The notes under the pieces: model-generated | Seen by the model: the letters and a program-made list of their open reading frames with translations, nothing else | What the model was told of the DNA's origin: nothing | Databases searched by the model: none | Part shown: positions 59,801 through 64,000 of the stretch, in pieces | Layout: the number at the start of each line of letters is the position of its first letter | Numbering within the stretch: position 1 is the stretch's first letter | Translations under genes and position numbers: made by a program | From: Deltaproteobacteria bacterium | Lineage (GTDB): Bacteria; Desulfobacterota; Desulfomonilia; UBA1062 | Direction: 5' to 3' | Assembly: GCA_029552245.1 (NCBI GenBank) | Contig: JAKPDW010000047.1 | Coordinates: 53,935-117,934, forward strand | DNA length: 64,000 bases

Positions 59801-61183
59801 TCAAGACCGTTCCGACTTCCTCATGTCGAGGAGGAGCTTGAGCGTGAACACCGCCCCCGGGCCCGCCTGCCTTACGACCTCGAGATCCCCCCTGATCTTG
59901 ACCATGGCGATGCGCGCCTCGGTGAGGCCGAGGCCGATCTTCATCGGGTCCGTGGAATAGAACGGGGAAAGGATGGTCTGCACCTTGTCCTTCACCCCTG
60001 GCCCGAAGTCGCGGACCGAGACGTACGCGTAGGCATCGTCGCGCCACACCTTCACGACCACCTTCGGCGTCGACGTCTGGAGGGCGTTCTCCAGTATCCT
60101 CACGAGCGCGGTCCGCACGTGTTCCTCGTCCCCGAGGGCCCGGACGTCCGGCTGCACGTCGACCTCCACGGGAATCCCGGCCCCCGCCTCCGCCACGGTC
60201 GAGGTCACCAGCTTCTCGAGGTCGAGGGGCACACACGCGGCATCCATGCCGACGAGCCTCTCGTACGCCTCGACCCGCTCGATCATGGCCTCGATGCGTC
60301 CTATGGAGGAGTAGATGCCCGAGAGGGCCTCGTCCCACTTCCTCTTGTCTTCCCCGGGCGATCTCACGAGCCTTCGCACGTAGGCGCCGATCACGGTGAG
60401 GGGGTTTCTCAGCTCGTGTGCGAGCCCGTTCATCATCTGGCTCAGGTCTCCGGCCTGTATGGCGAGCCTCTTCTGCATCGCCCTCAGCTCCGTGACGTCA
60501 CGCCCGATGACGGACAAGGCATACGCGCGCCCCTCTTCCACGAGCGGGGTGAACAGCAGCGACAGTATCCCCACCCTGCCGGACGCAAGCGGCATCCGCA
60601 CCTCGAGGCGGACGGGCGCGCACTCGTCGAACCCCCTGGCGAGGGCCTTTCCCAGCTCGCTTCTATCCTCCTCCACCGCATATCGCGTGATACTGGTCCC
60701 CACCGGCGAGGTCCCGCCGACGGCGAGGCACCGCGTGAACTTCTCGTTGCAGAAGGTGATCCTGCCGGTGCGCCCGACGATGAAGATGATATCGTTCGCG
60801 TTCTGTACGATGGCGTTGTACCGCCTGCTGTTCGCGAGCAGCTGCCTGCGGTTGTGCTTGATCTGCTGATCCTTCTCGCCGAGCGACGTGATGAGCATGT
60901 CCCCCAGTTCGAACGACTGCCTCATCTCGCGGTAGAGCTGCGCCATGGCGTTGAGCACCGAGGCGTCCTTGGGAAGCACGCCCATGACGTGGCGGGGGAT
61001 CCTGGCAGGGGGGTTCCCGTCGCAGACGAGGTACATCCTCCTGCCGGAAGCGTCCCTGGCCCGCGGCGCCCTGGGGCCTTCCACGAAGACGAGATCGCCC
61101 TTTCCCGTCTGGCTCAGGGCGGTGGCGCGCGCGAAATCGACCCCTTCCGGTGGATCGTTCTTCGACAACCACCACACGTTCAT
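59801..61183 (-). CDS. PAS-domain sensor histidine kinase (cytoplasmic)
   Basis: PAS segment (NAIVQNANDIIFIVGRTGRITFCNEKF); H-box LAHELRNPL; HATPase_c G-boxes (DFGPGV; GLGL). Confidence 0.8.
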   Translation of the reverse strand: MNVWWLSKNDPPEGVDFARATALSQTGKGDLVFVEGPRAPRARDASGRRMYLVCDGNPPARIPRHVMGVLPKDASVLNAMAQLYREMRQSFELGDMLITSLGEKDQQIKHNRRQLLANSRRYNAIVQNANDIIFIVGRTGRITFCNEKFTRCLAVGGTSPVGTSITRYAVEEDRSELGKALARGFDECAPVRLEVRMPLASGRVGILSLLFTPLVEEGRAYALSVIGRDVTELRAMQKRLAIQAGDLSQMMNGLAHELRNPLTVIGAYVRRLVRSPGEDKRKWDEALSGIYSSIGRIEAMIERVEAYERLVGMDAACVPLDLEKLVTSTVAEAGAGIPVEVDVQPDVRALGDEEHVRTALVRILENALQTSTPKVVVKVWRDDAYAYVSVRDFGPGVKDKVQTILSPFYSTDPMKIGLGLTEARIAMVKIRGDLEVVRQAGPGAVFTLKLLLDMRKSERS

Positions 61184-61268
61184 GGTGTTCTGTTCGGGAA
61201 TCCGCGGGTGATTCTTGACATACCGCCCACGGTTGCAGGCGGGTGGCGTTTCGGTTAGCATTCGCCCC

Positions 61269-62390
61269 ATGAAGAGGAGTCGACCCCGCATAGGGATAGC
61301 CCTGGACAGCGGCGGTGCCATGGGCGGGGCCCACGTGGGGGTCCTGGACGTCCTCGCAGGCGAAGGGTTCCGGCCGGAGGTGATCGTGGGGTCGAGCGCC
61401 GGTGCGGCCGTGGGCGCCGTCTTCGCGGCGGGGAAACTGGACGAGTTCGCGTCGCTCATCTCGGACATGTCGTTCATCAAGTCCCTGGGCCTCTACGTCG
61501 ACCCGGTGTTCCCGTACTCGGGTCTCCTCGCCGGGAACAGGGCCCGTGCGTTTTTGAGAGAACTCCTGGGGGATGCGGCCATAGAGGACCTGCCCGTGAA
61601 GTTCGCCGCGGTGGCCACGGACCTTCTCACGGGGGAGACCGTGGCCATAGACTCGGGCCCCCTGGCGGACGCGGTCATGGCGAGCATCGCCATACCCGGG
61701 ATCTTCAGGCCCGTCGTCCACATGGGGAGGCTGCTCACCGACGGCGGCGTATCGGACCCGCTCCCCATCGACATCCTCAGGAATTACGCCCCGGACATCG
61801 TGATCGCGTGCAACCTCCACCCGCGCATGACCACCAGGTACTCGCAGGCGAACAGGCGCAAGATCGTGGAGGCGGAGAGAAGCGCCCGCTCCCTGGACGA
61901 TGACCTCGCATCGGGCATGATCGAGCGCGTCATAGGGCTCGTCAAGTCCCAGATACCGTCCACGGGGGAGGTTCTCAAGGCGCTGCCCCGTGCCCTCGCG
62001 GAAAGGCTCACGGCCGAAAACAGGGGTGCCATCCTCAACTCCGACATCGTGAAATGGCTCAGGGAGACCATCGACGAGAAAGCGACCTTCCTCGACGGGA
62101 TCAAGGAGCTCGCCACCGTGAGGCCCGCCGAGAAGTGGCGGATGAGCATCGTCGATATCATCCTGAACGTGATGAACATCCAGCAGTACCAGAAGAACCG
62201 CCTCATGCTCAAGTACGAACCCCCGGACATCCTCATCGAGCCCGACGTCGTGGACATAGCCGCGCTCGAGTTCAACAAGAGCGCGCTCGCCATGGAGGAA
62301 GGCAGGCGAAAGGCCGCAGAGGCCGTTGTCGAACTGAGGCGCCTCGTGACGCGCTGGGGCGGCCAGTCGGGCCGGTCAGACCCCAAGTGA
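61269..62390 (+). CDS. Patatin-like phospholipase
   Basis: Oxyanion DSGGAMG, nucleophile elbow GSSAG and catalytic DGG (TDGGVSD). Confidence 0.85.
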   Translation: MKRSRPRIGIALDSGGAMGGAHVGVLDVLAGEGFRPEVIVGSSAGAAVGAVFAAGKLDEFASLISDMSFIKSLGLYVDPVFPYSGLLAGNRARAFLRELLGDAAIEDLPVKFAAVATDLLTGETVAIDSGPLADAVMASIAIPGIFRPVVHMGRLLTDGGVSDPLPIDILRNYAPDIVIACNLHPRMTTRYSQANRRKIVEAERSARSLDDDLASGMIERVIGLVKSQIPSTGEVLKALPRALAERLTAENRGAILNSDIVKWLRETIDEKATFLDGIKELATVRPAEKWRMSIVDIILNVMNIQQYQKNRLMLKYEPPDILIEPDVVDIAALEFNKSALAMEEGRRKAAEAVVELRRLVTRWGGQSGRSDPK

Positions 62391-62757
62391 AGGGGGAGCC
62401 GGGGCGAGGGACGACAGCCCCGCCGGAAACCGTCGGAGGCCGCCCGGCGACCCGGACGGGCCGGAAACCTGAAGTGTTGCCCCCCTGAGACGCTCCCACG
62501 CGGATCGGGGCGGCCCTTCCAGAGACATGAGGGGCTTTCGGTCTGCGGCTTCCCGAGTATAGACAAGCCTCATCTCACAGACCTGTGCCCTTCAAGAGAC
62601 GTGAGGGGTTACCGTCAGCGGGGGCTATTCCCGGCGCTGCAGCGATCTGCGGGCAGGTGGCAGGGGCATGGCGAGAAGGCTTTCGGCCTGCAGGGGTGAT
62701 TCCTGGAGCGATCCCAAAGAAGAACCGCCTCGGCTTGGAGACCGGGGTGTTAACGTG

Positions 62758-63489
62758 TCACTTCACGAGGAGGAGGTTCGCCTCCCTGAGCCTCGCTGCA
62801 AGGGTGGTGATGATGCGGTTGGCGATCTCCGGATTCTCGCTGATGATGCCCTCGATACCGCCTTCCGCCACGGGGATGACCTCGACGAGGCTCGTGCCCA
62901 GGGAACGGATCGTGGCGCTTCGGGGCTCGTTGAGGATGAAGCTCATCTCGCCGAAATACTCGCCGGGCTTGCTGATGAGCCCGATGCGGACCCCCTTCTT
63001 GAGCACCTCGAGACCACCCTCGGTCTGGTAGAGCCTGAAGATCTCGGTACCCGTCGTGCCTTCCTCGATGATGACCTCGCCGTCCTTGTACTCGCGGATG
63101 TCCAGGTTGATGGTATCCTTGTACGTGATGTTCGCCTCTGCGACCGAGGTGGTCTGTTCGAGTTGAAGGAAGGCGGACCGCATGATCATGGCGGCGAGGG
63201 CGGGCTTTTCGTAGGCGATCTCGTCGATGAGTTCCGACTCGTAGGCTGCGATGCGCGAGGTGCGGGTGGCCTTCGCCGTGGTCGTGTACGGCACACCCCT
63301 GTAGTAGTTCTCGAGGCCGAAGACATCGCGCTCGGTGAGGATGCGTATGGGCTTGTCGAGCTGCGATATCTGCACCTCGCCGGTGAGTATCGCGAAGAAG
63401 CGGTCGGAGGGGTCACCCTCCTTGACGATGATCTCACCGGGCTTGAATTCGCGAACCTCCAGCGATTCTATGGTTCGTTCATCGAGCAT
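62758..63489 (-). CDS. Tandem cyclic-nucleotide-binding (cNMP) domain protein
   Basis: Two CAP_ED-like segments (GEIIVKEGDPSDRFFAILTGEV; GEVIIEEGTTGTEIFRLYQTEG...FGEMS). Confidence 0.8.
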   Translation of the reverse strand: MLDERTIESLEVREFKPGEIIVKEGDPSDRFFAILTGEVQISQLDKPIRILTERDVFGLENYYRGVPYTTTAKATRTSRIAAYESELIDEIAYEKPALAAMIMRSAFLQLEQTTSVAEANITYKDTINLDIREYKDGEVIIEEGTTGTEIFRLYQTEGGLEVLKKGVRIGLISKPGEYFGEMSFILNEPRSATIRSLGTSLVEVIPVAEGGIEGIISENPEIANRIITTLAARLREANLLLVK

Positions 63490-63536
63490 ACCGGGCCTTT
63501 CGGCATGGCGTGCACCAAACTTGAGCCCGCGAGGTC

Positions 63537-64000
63537 TCAGACGGGCCAGTACCGCGCCTGTACCTCGCAGATGTCGTCGAGCTCCCTGAAGCCAGAAGGC
63601 CTCACTTTTGGGGCTTGCCCTCCCTTCATAACCTCAACCACTTCCCGGACGGAATCACGCAGTGCGTCGAGGTTGTACCCCCCCTCCAGCGAGAACACCA
63701 CGGGCGCACCCGCCTGCCTTGCGTTCTCGAGGATGAGACCGGCGAGCGCGGCGAAGCCCCTCGATGAGAGCTGCATGCCCCCGATGGGATCCATGGCGTG
63801 GGCGTCGAAGCCGGCGGAGACGAGGACGAGGCCGGGCTCGAAGGCCCTCATGACCGGAAGGAGCACCCTCTCGTAGAGCGCCATGAACTCCCCGTCGCCC
63901 TTGCGGGCGCCGAGGGGACAGTTGACCGTGTACCCCCGGGCCCCTTCGGCCCCGGTTTCATGCATGCCGCCCGTGCCCGGGTAGAAGGGATACTGGTGCG
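63537..64000 (-). CDS. Histone deacetylase / acetoin-utilisation (AcuC/HDAC) family protein, 3' portion; gene continues beyond window end
   Basis: Open reading frame runs to the window edge; C-terminal HDAC-fold segments (VSAGFDAH; EGGY). Confidence 0.75.
   Translation of the reverse strand, partial: HQYPFYPGTGGMHETGAEGARGYTVNCPLGARKGDGEFMALYERVLLPVMRAFEPGLVLVSAGFDAHAMDPIGGMQLSSRGFAALAGLILENARQAGAPVVFSLEGGYNLDALRDSVREVVEVMKGGQAPKVRPSGFRELDDICEVQARYWPV

Overview
This 64 kb window is high-GC (roughly 63-65%), gene-dense chromosomal DNA carrying housekeeping and anaerobic-metabolism genes. The gene content points to a deltaproteobacterium-like anaerobe. The cues are a tupABC-type tungstate transporter, an acyl-CoA dehydrogenase with etfBA, wrbA, and an ilvBNC-psd-pssA-leuACD operon arranged as in Geobacter/Desulfuromonadales-type genomes. 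I found no rRNA, tRNA, cas genes, transposases, integrases or phage genes.

About 60 CDS can be supported; the longer ones are listed below:
- Two Zn-dependent alcohol dehydrogenases, a ThDP-dependent enzyme, and a TetR regulator with a candidate operator.
- Two sensor histidine kinases, a PAS-PAS-GGDEF diguanylate cyclase, an EAL-HDOD protein, and two standalone PilZ proteins.
- A tungstate ABC transporter (tupA/B/C-like) preceded by an excisionase-HTH + PBP-like regulator. This regulator is not the XerC/ModE-type TunR.
- A QueH epoxyqueuosine reductase and exonuclease III.
- A GldA/GldF/GldG-like ABC-2 cluster with a DUF4340 protein and a lipoprotein.
- RNase H1 with a hybrid-binding domain and a Sel1-repeat protein.
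- An orphan EcfT, a patatin-like lipase, a tandem cNMP-binding protein, and a partial HDAC-family gene at the window end.

The items I rate most worth a second look are:
- A 559-aa protein at 9258-10937 that fuses a calcineurin-like metallophosphoesterase domain to a Pol-beta-type nucleotidyltransferase domain.
- An Asd/USG-1-like protein at 44238-45263 that has lost both the GxxGxxG NADP motif and the catalytic Cys. It appears co-transcribed with the orphan EcfT.
- An LMW-PTP/ArsC-like protein whose P-loop nucleophile Cys is replaced by Ser.
- Short (about 16-30 bp) direct repeats with 58-76 bp periodicity recurring in many intergenic regions, with 60-63 bp periodicity in the main arrays. One locus (45699-45904) has four evenly spaced copies and superficially resembles a CRISPR array, but is more likely an iteron or degenerate tandem-repeat array. 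A second array (43134-43274) flanks the same EcfT/Asd-like cassette.
- A strong Rho-independent terminator (22652-22684, minus strand) about 300 nt past the GGDEF gene, which could mark a small RNA or attenuator upstream of bcd-etfBA.

All coordinates are approximate to about 3 nt. The ORF track uses alternative start codons, and several track ORFs carry spurious N-terminal extensions that I trimmed to the most plausible start.
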